This document shows positions 1 to 11,499 of a stretch of DNA of 64,000 nucleotides, in pieces. The notes beneath the pieces were generated by a model. That model did not search any database, was not told where the DNA came from, and saw only the letters and a list, made by a program, of their open reading frames with translations. Both the position numbers and the translations under genes were made by a program. How positions within the stretch are numbered: position 1 is the stretch's first letter; every line of letters begins with the position of its first letter. Source of the stretch: Lama guanicoe (taxonomy: Eukaryota); contig MU053588.1 of NCBI GenBank assembly GCA_013239625.1, forward strand, positions 3,562,799-3,626,798, read 5' to 3'.

Positions 1-609
1 TTCATGTATGGTTGCTAGTCTAGACCACTAAGCCTGGCACGCCAGACCTCCATGACCAGAAGCCTTTCAGCCTCACCTCCTCCTGTTCCAGCAGTTCCTC
101 CAGGCCTCAGCCTCACCTGCTCACCATGCCCAGTCCACCATTTTGGACAGAATAATTCTCAGCCTTTCTTTTCTGTCCCTTCTAGCTCTCTCCAGGGTTG
201 TCACTGAGCTTTTTGAAGGCACCCAGGTTCCCCAAATAGAATGGAAGTTCATTGAAGGCAGGCCCCTCTCCAGACTTCAGCAGGCAGCTTGGGTCCACAG
301 AGAAAGCTTTGGGCTGGGGTCAGGAGACCAGGTTTGCCACTGCCTTGCTATACGCCCTCTGGCAAGTCCCTGTCTCTCTCTGGGCCTCACTTTCTTTAAC
401 ATCAGGGCACTGAATATTTGCTTTTGAGCACAAAAAGGATAAGATGGATCCACTGAACAACTCTCAACTGCAATTCCAGTTGAGAAGCCTGGAGCCTGGC
501 ATATTCAACCTGCTGACACCCTGATCTCCTTAGTTAGTCCCTGTTTGCTCCAGTACCTCCATTTGCCAGTCATGCCTATCCCATCCTCTCCTTTTAGGGA
601 ACAGGTTAC

Positions 610-3255
610 CTGAGGGGCCACAGGGATGGAGCAGGGAGATCCAGGCAGGGTTGGCGGGAACAGAAGGGGTCAGGCGGGGAGCCTGAGGCGAATCTTTCAG
701 CCCCACAAGAGCCTCAGCTGCCTCCCGCTGCAGCTGCCTCTCAGAGTGGGCAGAGGTCCAGGCCAGGCGAGAGGCTCCAGGGGCCTGCAAAGGAAGGGAG
801 AGAAGCAGACTGGGAACCCCACTTCTGCCCATCCTCCAGGTGCTCCCTCTGCCCCTGGTTACTTCACTATCCCCTGGCTCTTCCCTTCCCCGGGGTGCTG
901 GATCCCACTTCTTTCCCAGGACCTGTGGCTGCAGCAGAAGAGGGTCTGGGGTGCCACAGGGCTGCAGTATCAGAGTCGAGCATCTAGAAACAAAGAGAAA
1001 TGATGGCAGGGGGATTAAACATGGACAGATATACACATAGAAAGAGGGGCAGGATTTTGCTATATTCTGATCTGGGAATCTGAGCGCCTGTTGTGTCATT
1101 AGGCTTTGTGGCCTCTGTCTTGGCCTGCTTTGTTTTCTATAAAATGAAAATTTCTGCCAGTTCCTTCCTCCCAGGGCTATTGTGAGAGTTATGGGAAATC
1201 ACTGGTGCCAGTTTTTTAAAAAACTGACAAAATGTCTAGAGTGAATGGATGACTGTTCCTGTCCTACCAGAGTCTGGTTTCCTTCCCCACTAGTTCCCCG
1301 GTCCCCATGGAACTCCAGAAGAAGCTTGGGCCACCTTTAGGAAGCTTTCTCTAAAGGCTTCTGGCCTCTCTCCTAGGCCTCTGAGGCTCTTGCCATGTCC
1401 CCCACCCCATGCCCCCATTTCAGCAGGCAGTTCAACCCCATCTTATCTATTAAAGTGGATTTACTAGCAACTATTTGGTCAAGGCCAGGGACTGTGCTAG
1501 GTGTAGTCCATACATTATTGCTAATTCTCAGTGACAACCTGAGAAGTAATAGTGCCTCCAATTTACTGATAGAAAAACACAGCTCAGAGAGGTAAAGATA
1601 CTTGTACAGAAGTTCGCAGCCAGGCAATGGCAGAGCTAGGAGAGCTCTGCTTCACCCATTAATCTGAGACCTTTTCTTTTTTCTCATCTACTATGGTGTC
1701 CAGCATAGTACATCATAAACACATATCCTTCTCTCCCTACTCACGTGTGGGGCAGGGTAGAGGGCCCTTGGGATTCTCCAGAAAGAGGAGCCATCAGTAT
1801 TGGGCGAGATCCTGGGCAGGCTGGGAAGGGCCCATGAGTGGGCAGCCGGAGGGCAGTGCCAGGGTCAAAACCTAAAGAGGATAAGAGAATGTGCAGTGTA
1901 TAGAGGTCCTCCCACTTTCTACCCTGTATCCTTCTCCTCTTCGCTTTCTGATACAGTGGTATAGTCATTCAACTATCTGTTGGATTAATGTTGAATTCAT
2001 CTTACCAGGGAAGGGATGCAGAGGGACAGCAGGTTCTTGGCACAGCAAGCGGCACACCACTGGGGTTGGCATGGAAAGGCCAGGAGATAGCCAGTGTCCA
2101 GGGGCCCAAGGGCCTGGAGGCAGTGGAGTCCAGGGCAAAGGCAAAGATTCTGTGGGACGGCTGAGGAGCAGAGGCCCCCGGAAGTTCTCCTGCAAGGGCA
2201 GGGGGCATAGGCTGGAGTCAGGTAAGCTGGGGAAGGAATAAGTATGTACTAGGATGGGAGTAGAATCCCAAAACTTCAGAGCTTGAAAGGTCATCAAATC
2301 CCACCCCTTCATTTTGCTCATGGGAGAAAAGTGATTTGCCCAAGATGTTATAAGAAGTCAGGGCCGGACCTAGAACTCAGGTGTTAAGGGCACAGAGGAA
2401 AGGGTACGAGCAGCGTCCAGGCTCTCCTTACCTTCCCAGGGGGTGTCAGTGCCAGTGGGACTGCCCTATGGGAGGTCTGAGGCTGGGGTGCTATGTTCTC
2501 CTTTCCCGCTGTGAGGGACCAGAGAGAGCTTTGGTGAGTTCTTTCCCCCATCCCACCCCAACCCCAAACTGAATTTTTATCTCCCCTTGTCCCTTTTCTA
2601 CCCACAGATCTCAATGCATCCTCCCAACACTTGATCACATTTTATAGTTGGGGACGGTGAGGCCCAGAGAGTAGTAACAGCTTGCCCAAGGTCACACACC
2701 AATTCAGTGGCAGGACTGGGACTCTTTCCCCTTCTTATGCTTTCTTTGCCCAAATCCCTGCCCCGGCCCTGGCAAGAGAAACTCACAGTGGACCCCTGCT
2801 CGAATGACTCCCTTCTTGACTCGGCTGGGAGCTTTGGGAGGGGCTGTGCCTCTCCTCATTAGTCCCTCAGCCAGGTGCTTCTTTAGCTGCGCCTCCTGCT
2901 GCCTACGCAAGGCCACCTGGGCAGCCGTGACCCTTCGGCGCTCCCTAAAGGAGGGGTGGCAAGTCAAAAGTTAAGTTAGTCACCTTTTACATGAGGTCCA
3001 TCCTCTTCCTTTCCCTGGACCTCATACTCACAAGATGAGGACACACTTGTGACACTTGCAAGCCTGAAAGAGGCAGAGGCGCTTGTGGCCCTTGAGGTGG
3101 GCAGTAACACCATGGTTGCGGCAGCGGGCGCAGGTTGGAGAGCGACTGACAGCTCTCCTGGGGATAAGCTCCATGCCCTGGGGGGCTCTGGTCTCACCCT
3201 CTGTGGCAGAGTCTGAGGGGCAGTGGTGGACAGTAGGCATTTCATTGGGTTCCAT
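610..3255 (-). CDS. DMRTC2: Doublesex- and mab-3-related transcription factor C2 (DMRT7); partial, final coding exon lies left of the window
   Basis: Coding exons (minus strand): 3255-3032, 2944-2787, 2508-2432, 2189-2006, 1871-1745, 983-923, 784-610. All are GT-AG flanked with matching phases. DM zinc domain [42 protein letters not shown]; Pro-rich middle; [18 protein letters not shown] motif typical of DMRTC2. Confidence 0.96.
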
Positions 3256-3949
3256 GGATCTAGGGGCAGGAGTGGTGGGTCAGGATGGCCACATGGGCCC
3301 TCTCCTGACCAGCCCTCCTGTCTCTGGGAGGCCACACCGGAAGGGTTTTCCATTGTGCCCACCCCCGGACTCAGCTTTCACCCTCATTCTCCCCAGGCTT
3401 TCTCCTTTTTTTAACTCCTCCTCAGGCATCCTTCTTCCCAGGCACTCTTCCTTCCCAAGAACCTCTCTCCTTTTTCCTTTCTTAAGGCTCTTTCAATCCA
3501 AACATTATTCTCCTCTGCTCACCTGTATCCTCCCAAGCTCAAATCCCAGTTTTAGGCATACTTCCGTACTCTCGTGCCCCCTTCAACAGTTCACACCCGC
3601 TTTCCAACGACACCCCATTCCAGCAGTTTCCCTGGTGTCCTCTTCAACAGGGGTCATCCTTCCCTCCTGCATTTATCCAATTTCTACACATATTTTTATG
3701 CTCGCCTTTCAACTCTTAGCCTTATGTATGAGCTGCAATTCAATTTCTCCCGGCACCTCTTTTAATCAGATCACTCCTTTGTATCCCAGTAATTACATTA
3801 TTCTCATGGATCCTTTCCCCCACTTTCAAGAATTATGTTCATTCACTCAGCAAAGGTTTACTGAGCCGCTTCCATGTGCCAGGCCCTGATATGGACCCTA
3901 GTCCTCTCCCTGCGGCCCGAATTCCTCTCTTGCACCACATGCCTTCCAA

Positions 3950-4860
3950 ACAGAGGCAAGCTCGTGCAGCCGCTGCGCCCGGCCTTCACGGGCCTATCCC
4001 CACACCCAACAACTGGCCTCACGCCTCGCCCGCCCCACCTCCCCACGCAGCTGTTCCTCGCGTGCACCCTCTTCTGCAGCTGTCCCCATAAACGCTGTGC
4101 CCGCGGCCCCGCCCCGCGCCAGGGTCCCAGGGAGGGGGCGGGGGGCGGGGAGCGCGCTGGGGGGCCGCGGGGTGGCGGAGGTGGAAGGGGGCGCCAGGAG
4201 CTCTAGAGGGAGGCAAGCGGTTGCTTCGGCCGGATCCAGCGCCAGAGAGGGAGGGGAAGGGACAGGGAGGGGAGGGGTCGTGTTTGCGTCGTCTGCCCGC
4301 GGTTACCACAGCCTCGGGCGGAGTCAGACTCAGTCAAGAAGAGGCGAAAGGTGGCAATGAGCCTGTGGCGTTAGAAACCGCCGCACTCGCGACACTTTTC
4401 CCGCCCCTTCTCACAAGAACCAATGAACTCTAAGCGCCGCCTCCTCCTGCCAGGCGAGCGACCAATGCGCTTCAAAATCCTGCACTGACAGCCCGCCCCT
4501 TACCTCTGGCCCACTTCTCCTCGCGCTGGACTATCAGACCAGCCAATAGCGCGTCGAGTTGAATCTTATGCCCTTTCTTCCTCCCCGTGTGATTTGCCTT
4601 TCCAGATTGTTCTTCGCCTTTTGAGGGAGGTGGCCAATGGGGCGTCGAATACGGCTTCTAGGACAAGGCTGGCCCTTCCCCCCAGGAACGGCTATCCGGC
4701 GTTGACCGGGACCCACTCGCGCACGCGCAGTCTCGCCCTCCCTCCTACAGTGCAGGGCTGCGCGTCTTCAGCCTTCGGTCTTGACTCCGCTCGCGGTGGG
4801 GGTCGGGGTCCTCGACGCTGCGTGAACGCCTGTTTTCTCTCATTTCTCTCCCGGTGCCCC
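3950..4860. promoter_or_regulatory. CpG island and bidirectional promoter between head-to-head DMRTC2 and LYPD4
   Basis: High CpG/GC content. CCAAT boxes at 4420, 4462, 4543, 4634; E2F-type TTTCCCGC at 4397-4404; GC boxes; CHR-like TTCAAA at 4471-4476. Candidate donor of non-coding DMRTC2 exon 1 (GTG|GTAACC, minus strand) at 4307. Confidence 0.8.
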
Positions 4861-7594
4861 AGCTCCCGATCTACCCTTCTCCTTTTGTGCTCCCCATCCT
4901 GCACTATCCCCGTTTCCTTCCCGAGTCCCACCTTTTCAGCTTGCACCCCTTTCCTTGTGTCTTGTCATCCCTGTCCGTGTCGGTGCTGATTTTGCTAAAT
5001 TTGACTTTTCCTTCTCTCAGAGACTCTGCCTATCCATCCTGCTGATTTTCCGACCCCCTTTCTGTACGTCTCTGATTCCCTTATAGCCTGGCCCCCTTTC
5101 CGCCTTTCTTCCATTCCTGAGACGCTCTGTAGTTTTCCTGTTGTCTTAGCCGTTTCCACCCTCTGTGTTCATCTTCCTCCCGATTTCACCCCATTCTCAG
5201 GGCTCCACTCTGTAATTAGCCTTCTCCATGCCCCTCTGTTAGATCCATTTCACAGTTTCCCTGCCATCCTGTGTTGTCCCCTTTTCTCTACATCTCGCCC
5301 TGTCTCCTTTTCTGTCTTTCAGCCTCTAAGATTGTCTCCTCTTTTCCCTGAGAACCCGGTCTTTGTGGCCAGCTCCTCACTTTTCTGCCACTCCCCAATT
5401 GTGAGCTCTCTGCTGCTCCTCTGTCTTCCTGCAGATTTCCGTTCTATCAGTTTGCTCTTCTTTCTTTCTGTGGTTTCACTTTTGTAGATGTAGCATCTCC
5501 TCTGACCACTGCTCTGTCCTTTTTCCCTTGGGGATTTCATCACACTCTTCTGGTTGTGTCCCTGTTTGTGCTCAGATTGTTGGGTCCTGTCGTTTTGCGG
5601 TCTGGGCTGGTGTGGGCCATCTTCTCTGCTTGGCCCAACGCCTTTGTGTGATCCTTCATCAGCCTTCATTCCCCCTTTCTGTGTCCCATCTTTTCTGCAA
5701 ATCTCGGCCTCTTAGTTTGCCACAGATTTCTGGGTTGCTGAGCCTGTGTGCCGGGCATTCTGGACAGAAAAGTGTGGCAGAAGCGACCTCTAGCTGGACT
5801 GCTGCACAAGGGAGCAGTACTGAACAGTTGGCAAGGTTGTTTGGGGCCAATCTAGGGGTGGAGGGTGGGGGTGTATGTGAGGCTTGAATGCCAGCAAAGA
5901 GGTTAACCTTGATCCTTTAGATACTGGAGAGATAGGGGAACCAACATTTTTGGAGAGCTTAGAACTTGCCTGGCACTTCATACTAATAATCTTTTTAATA
6001 TTCAACAGTGACTCTATGAGATGTGTTATTAATACATTTTATAAATGAGTTCAATATGATGCACAAGATTGCACAGCTAGTAAGTGGAGGGGTAAAGATT
6101 TCAACCTTGATCTACCTTTGAGTCCAAAGCCTATGAATTTGTACCACCTACAATGTTTTATTTCTTTCCAGTAATCCTCAATTCCCAATTTTTATTCCCT
6201 AACTGTCCCATAGATACTCATTTCAGGTGGGTGATGCGTATCTTTGGTTTGTGTGTGTTCTTGTGAGATGTGCAGTGTTTTATGTCCATGAGGTTTTAAT
6301 TTATGCAAGTGATAGTGTTATTTACTATTTAAAATAATCAGCACTGTGCCTTTATGTCCATGCATGTGCATGTGATGCCTACATCTAACCAGTTGTTTCT
6401 ACGTGCTGCATGCTATTCCCTGGTGTACAACCCCTGCGTGCTGGGTGTTTACTAGGTCTCCCGTTGCCTTCAGCTCACTGTCACCACAACAATGTTGCAT
6501 CCTCATATGTGTTCCTTTGTAGTTGAAGGTGGAAATTGCTGCTCTGTGTACCTCGGATGATCAGAAAAGGCTATTTGTAAACCTAATTTGACTAAGTATT
6601 GCCAGACTCCTCCATACGATGAATGATACTTTGGGCCTGTGACATTGATCCGAACTCTCAACTCCCCCATTCTTCAGGGTCAGGAGAGGACCCTATCCCC
6701 CGCCCCAACTACTCCCATGAGCAGCAGTGCACGAGTGTCTCTAGCCCCGCAGTCCTACCAGTGCTTGTATTCTTCCAGCTTTTTGAGTCCTCACCAGTCT
6801 GAGGGCTGTACGTTGGGATATATTGCATTTCTCTGATTATTGTTGAGCACCAGTGTCTCTTCACATGCTTGTTAGCCTTTCTGGTTTGCTCTTCTGAGAA
6901 GTCTCTCTTCGCACGCTTGGCCCATTTCCCTACTGGGCTTGCTCTCTTTTTTCTTGTCAATTTGCCTGAGATCCTTGGCCATTCTCATTGGTTTAAGACA
7001 TTGCATATGCTCTTCTTATGCCAACTTTGGCGTTTCATATATTTTAGAAATTTATCCACTTCATCTGGGTTTACAAATTTATAAATGTAGAGTTGTTAAT
7101 GATACTTTTATTACTTTTAGAACATACGATGTCTGTTAATTCCTATTTTTCCCTTTGTATTTTATTTGCATCTTCACTTTTTTCCCTCTTGATTAGATTT
7201 GCTGGAGAATTATCTCAATAATCTTGTCAAAGAATGAATGTTAGCTTTTTGTAATTTTTTGTTGTTTTTCTATTTCATCGATTTCTGCCATTATTTTTAT
7301 TTATACCCCCCTTTTGGTGGGGGGATGCTTTGTTGCTCCTTATATAACTTCTTAAGTTAACTCATAAACATTTTAATGCTTCTGATAAATGCATTTAAAT
7401 TATAGACTTACATCTAAATACTGATCTAGTTGTTTCCCAAATTTTGACATGTAGTTTAAAAAAAAACTTTTGATTTTGAAATTATTATTGGCTCACAAGA
7501 AGTTGCAAAAATTGTTCACAGAGTCCCTTAAATCCTTCCTCTGGTCCTGCATGGGGCCATTCTGTACAGCTGTAATAAGCAGGAAATTGACATT

Positions 7595-7642
7595 GTAACT
7601 AAACTTAACTAAATTACAGTAACTAAACTTAACTAAATTACA
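7595..7642. repeat. Perfect 24-bp tandem duplication
   Basis: gtaactaaacttaactaaattaca x2. Confidence 0.9.
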
Positions 7643-7677
7643 GCTCTTACTCAGTTTTCACCAGATTTTACATACAC

Positions 7678-7679
<2 letters not shown>

Positions 7680-7713
<34 letters not shown>
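7680..7713. repeat. (TG)n microsatellite
   Basis: About 17 TG units, directly visible. Confidence 0.95.
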
Positions 7714-7716
<3 letters not shown>

Positions 7717-8174
7717 TGTAGTATGTTTGCTATTATTCAGTTCTAAATACTTAAAAAAATTTTTTTTCAAATCAAGAGTTATTTAGTAATATGTCAGTTG
7801 ACTTCCACACACACATTTGTTGTTCTGGTCTCATTGTCTCTGGATAGAGAACAGCCTGTATAATAGTGATCCTTTGAATAAGCCAGCCCCATGTTCAGTG
7901 GCAGGACCTAAGCAGGAGAGAGAAAGTCATTACTTGAGAAGCTAACGTGGTGTTTGGGTTAGGTTGGAGGGTAACTTTGGAGATGGGAAGACCTGTATCC
8001 CTGAAGGTCTCAGGGAGTCTATGTCACAAAAACTGACAATCAACTTTCTGCTCCAGAAACAGTGACCCAGAGGCAGGTGGACAGCGAATTCAGGGACTGA
8101 CAAGAACCGAGCTTGAGACCTAGACTGAAGTTGATTCTAGACTGATCTCAGCATTGAGGACCCAGGCACAGGAC

Positions 8175-9847
8175 ATGGGACCCCAGCATCTGAGCCCTGT
8201 GCAGCTGCTCTGTCTCCTAGGGGCCATCTCCACTCTGCCTCGTATGATCTGAGGGGCTGGATGCTTAAGGAACGTGTTGGTGGGGGAGGGGGGGAGGGCG
8301 GGGTGCTGGATTCATGTCACTGGTGGGAAGGAAAGTTGGATATCTAGGTTCCTCGGGGGCAGGATCTGTGGAGGCTGAGCTCTTGATGGGCATTTCAGGG
8401 GCTGAGAAGGCAATGTGAGGGGCAGATGACTGGAATAACATTCTCTCTTTAGGGGCTCGAGCTCTTCTGTGCTATGAAGCAACAGCCTCACTCTTCAGAG
8501 CTGTTAGTCTCCATAACTGGAGGTGGCTTCTGATGAGGAGTGCGGTGTGTAGGCTGAGCGAGGGCTGTGAGGAGACATTGGTGTTCATCGAGACAGGTGA
8601 AGGGGAGTGACTGTGCTCATTTTTTTGTTTCGCTTGCTCTTTTGACCCCCACCCTCATTGCCAGCACCCAGGGACCCTGCACTTGAGTTCCAGTTATTGA
8701 CCCTGTTATATCTTTGGGGACAACATTAAGATACCAACCCAGCTGGTTGTGATGGGGGCTGGATAAGAGGGCAGAACCCAGGAGAAGGGGGGAACTCTGG
8801 GAGAGAAGAAAAGTCTGGGACACAAGGGAGAGAGGAGCAGAGAGGCTCCTGTGGGGTGAGGAGTAAGGAGAGACAGCTGGAGACCTGGGGATCTGGGCCC
8901 TGTGTCTCTGCAGGGGATGGACACTGGGGTAGGGGAGGCAAAGTTGGTGACAGAGCAGAGTGAGCAGGAGGAGCAGGGTGGAGGGGGAGGTTGGGAGATT
9001 GGACCAGGTGTGGTCAGCGACACTGATCGGAGCTCTCTCATCTTCTGCTTCTCAGGGACCAGAAAGGGAGTTGTGGGTTTTAAAGGCTGCAGCCCAGCCT
9101 CATCTTACCCCGCGCAAGTCTCCTATCTTGTTTCACCGCCCGGATTGTCCATTGCCTCCTACAGCCGCATCTGCCGGAAGTATCTCTGCAATAACCTCAC
9201 CAACATGGATTCTTTTGTGAAACTTGAGGCCAATACCCCCAAGACTTCAGCATTTTCTTCCCATGGCTGCCCAACTTGTGTGGGCGAGCACTCTAAGAGT
9301 TGCCTCCCAAATTTTGTCAACACTGAGCCTTGCCCCAGGGATGCCACCAAGTGTTACAGTTCCACCTTAAAATTTCAGGCAGGTGAGAGGAAAGAAACGT
9401 TCTTTCTGAAAAGCCTGCTCTGTGCTAGGTGCAGTCTGGTGCTTTCCCATCTCTGAGGGAGGCAGGTGGGATTTGGACAGGGGATTGGGGTTGCAGCACA
9501 TCATTCCATGGAGGAGGGGGGAAGGTGACTGGTGCCCAAGTCTTTGCTGGGAGAGTGGGTGTCCTAGTTTGTGAGGGGTGTCTGGGAGGAGAAGGGCATT
9601 TGAATCTTGAAAGTGTCCCTCACTCCTCCTCCTCTTCCTTACAGGTTCCCTCAATACCACCTTCCTCCTCATGGGCTGTACTCGTGAACATACCAGAGCT
9701 TTAGCAGATTTTCACCATATTGGGAGCATCAGAGTGACTGAGGTCATCAACGTCTTAGAAAGGGTCCAGCCTGCTGGCGCGGAGCCCTCTAGTCGGAGTC
9801 CTGCTTGGGGCATCCTCTTAGGGCTCCTGCTTGCCTTCAGGGACTGA
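8175..9847 (+). CDS. LYPD4: Ly6/PLAUR domain-containing protein 4 (sperm acrosomal LU protein), intact, 246 aa
   Basis: Exons 8175-8241, 8453-8596, 9056-9382, 9645-9847 (741 nt in total). Protein MGPQHLSPVQLLCLLGAISTLP...GVVGFKGC...YLCNNLTN...CPTCVGEH...AWGILLGLLLAFRD*. AATAAA at 9895-9900. Confidence 0.97.
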
Positions 9848-10257
9848 CGATCCAACTGGACCAGACAAGCACCCATACCCCTTTCATGTAGCCAAATAAA
9901 GTTATAATAGAGTTGCCTTTCTGCTTTGTCCTGTGGTCCATGAGGGTTATGGAGGTGTGACACATCTGGGGAGGGTGAGACAGGACCAGGGAGGTGGGGG
10001 CAGGGGGTGGGGTGGGAGAAGGGCAATGGGCAGTGCTTGTGGTGAAGGGGGCAGGGAGCTGGGGATGAGGATCACTGGCCAAGTGACAGTGTCATGCCCA
10101 GCATCCAAGAAGAACCCAAACATTCCCCTTCTCCTCCTCCTGCTGGAGACCTGAGCTCTAGCCTGGGTTACGCTACTGACTTAGAGATCCTGGCCAAATC
10201 TCTCCCGTTTTCTGGGCCTCCATTTCCTCCCCTTTAAGATGAAGGCCTTGGGGATTG

Positions 10258-10420
10258 GTGGGGAGGGTATAGCTCAAGTGGTAGAATACAAGCTTAGCAT
10301 GCATGAGGTCCTGGGTTCTATCCCCAGTACCTCCATTAAAAATAAATAAATAAACCTAATCACGTCCCCCCAAAAGCAAAATTTAAAAAACAATAAAAAA
10401 CATTAAAAAACTCAAGAGAA
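10258..10420 (+). mobile_element. tRNA-Ala-derived SINE (camelid Vic-1 type)
   Basis: gggagggtatagctcaagtggtaga...cttagcatgcatgaggtcctgggttc..ccccagtacctcc followed by an A-rich tail. Confidence 0.85.
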
Positions 10421-10982
10421 AAATATCCGAATGGGGTGATATCAGCCTAAGGGAGTTCCTTCGGAGGTGGAAAGGGGGAAACTTAATTCTTTAGACCTGG
10501 AATCACATGGGGACAAGTAACAACTACAATACAGCAGTAATGAAACTCACAAATACTGAGCCTGACTGTGCGCCCGGCACTGCTCTGAGCACTTTAACTT
10601 TCTTAATTCTCACAGTGATAACAAGGGGTAAATACTATTATCATCTCCCTCATTTTTCAGAAGAGGAGACCGAGAGTGACTTGTTAATATGAGTGTGTAT
10701 CCACAGAGTTTGGGGGGACCCCTCAGCATTAGCACCCCAAACTTGTTTTCCCAAGTTGCTGCCTTATAACAATCCTTGCCTGCTTCCCATCCTGCAGCCC
10801 CTTGCAAAGCCCTGGGCCGGGCATTCTGGAGTACTTTACACAAAGCTGTGACTAGATGAAGTATTCCTGGCTCAGGGTTCTCAGAAGTTTGGCATTTTTA
10901 AAAATGTATGCCATTAGACAGCTTCCTTAAGGAAAGAACTGATGAAATCCACATACGGAAACATCAAAAGGTAGCTTAGGAA

Positions 10983-11485
10983 TGTGGTCCAAAGAATAAT
11001 GACTCCCCAGTGATGTCTTAGTCCCTGGAACCTGTAAATAGGTTACTCTACAGGGCAAGAAGGACTTTGCAGATCTGACTAGGTTAAGGACCTGGAGATG
11101 CGGAGATGATGCTGGATTATCTAGGTGGGTCTGTTCTAATCACACGAGTCCTTACAAGCAGTGAACTTTTTCTGGCTGTGGTCAGAGGGAAACAGGATGA
11201 TGGAAGAAGGGTCAGCCAGATGCTACATTGCTGGTTTTGAAGATGAAAGAAGGAGGCCACCAGCCAAGGAATGCAGGCAGACTCTGGAAGTCAGAAAAGG
11301 CAGGGCTATCGGTTCTCCCCTAGAGCTTTTGGAAAGGAACACAGCCCTGTTGACACCTTGATTTTAGCCCAGTGAGACCTTTATCAGACTTTTGACCTCC
11401 AGAAAAATGTAAGAGAATAAACTTCACTGTTTAAGCTGCTAAGTTTGTGGTGATTTGTTATAATAGTGATAGAAAATTAATACAA
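10983..11485 (+). mobile_element. MaLR (MLT1-type) solo LTR
   Basis: Typical MLT1 motifs: ttaaggacctggagatg...gattatctaggtggg, gccaaggaatgcaggcag..ctggaag, gacaccttgattttagccc, aataaa...taagtttgtggtgatttgtta. Confidence 0.75.
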
Positions 11486-11499
11486 AGAGATAACCCAGG

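Larger units (their letters stand above)
6700..7800 (-). mobile_element. Old L1 (LINE-1) fragments in the LYPD4 5' intron
   Basis: T-rich sequence with antisense L1-like stretches (ttgcatttctctgatt..., tttctatttcatcgatttctgc). Boundaries approximate. Confidence 0.6.

Noticed and set aside
3083..3889. 268-aa + strand ORF
   Set aside because: Antisense to a DMRTC2 exon and intron, low-complexity pyrimidine-rich sequence, non-ATG start, no recognisable domain.
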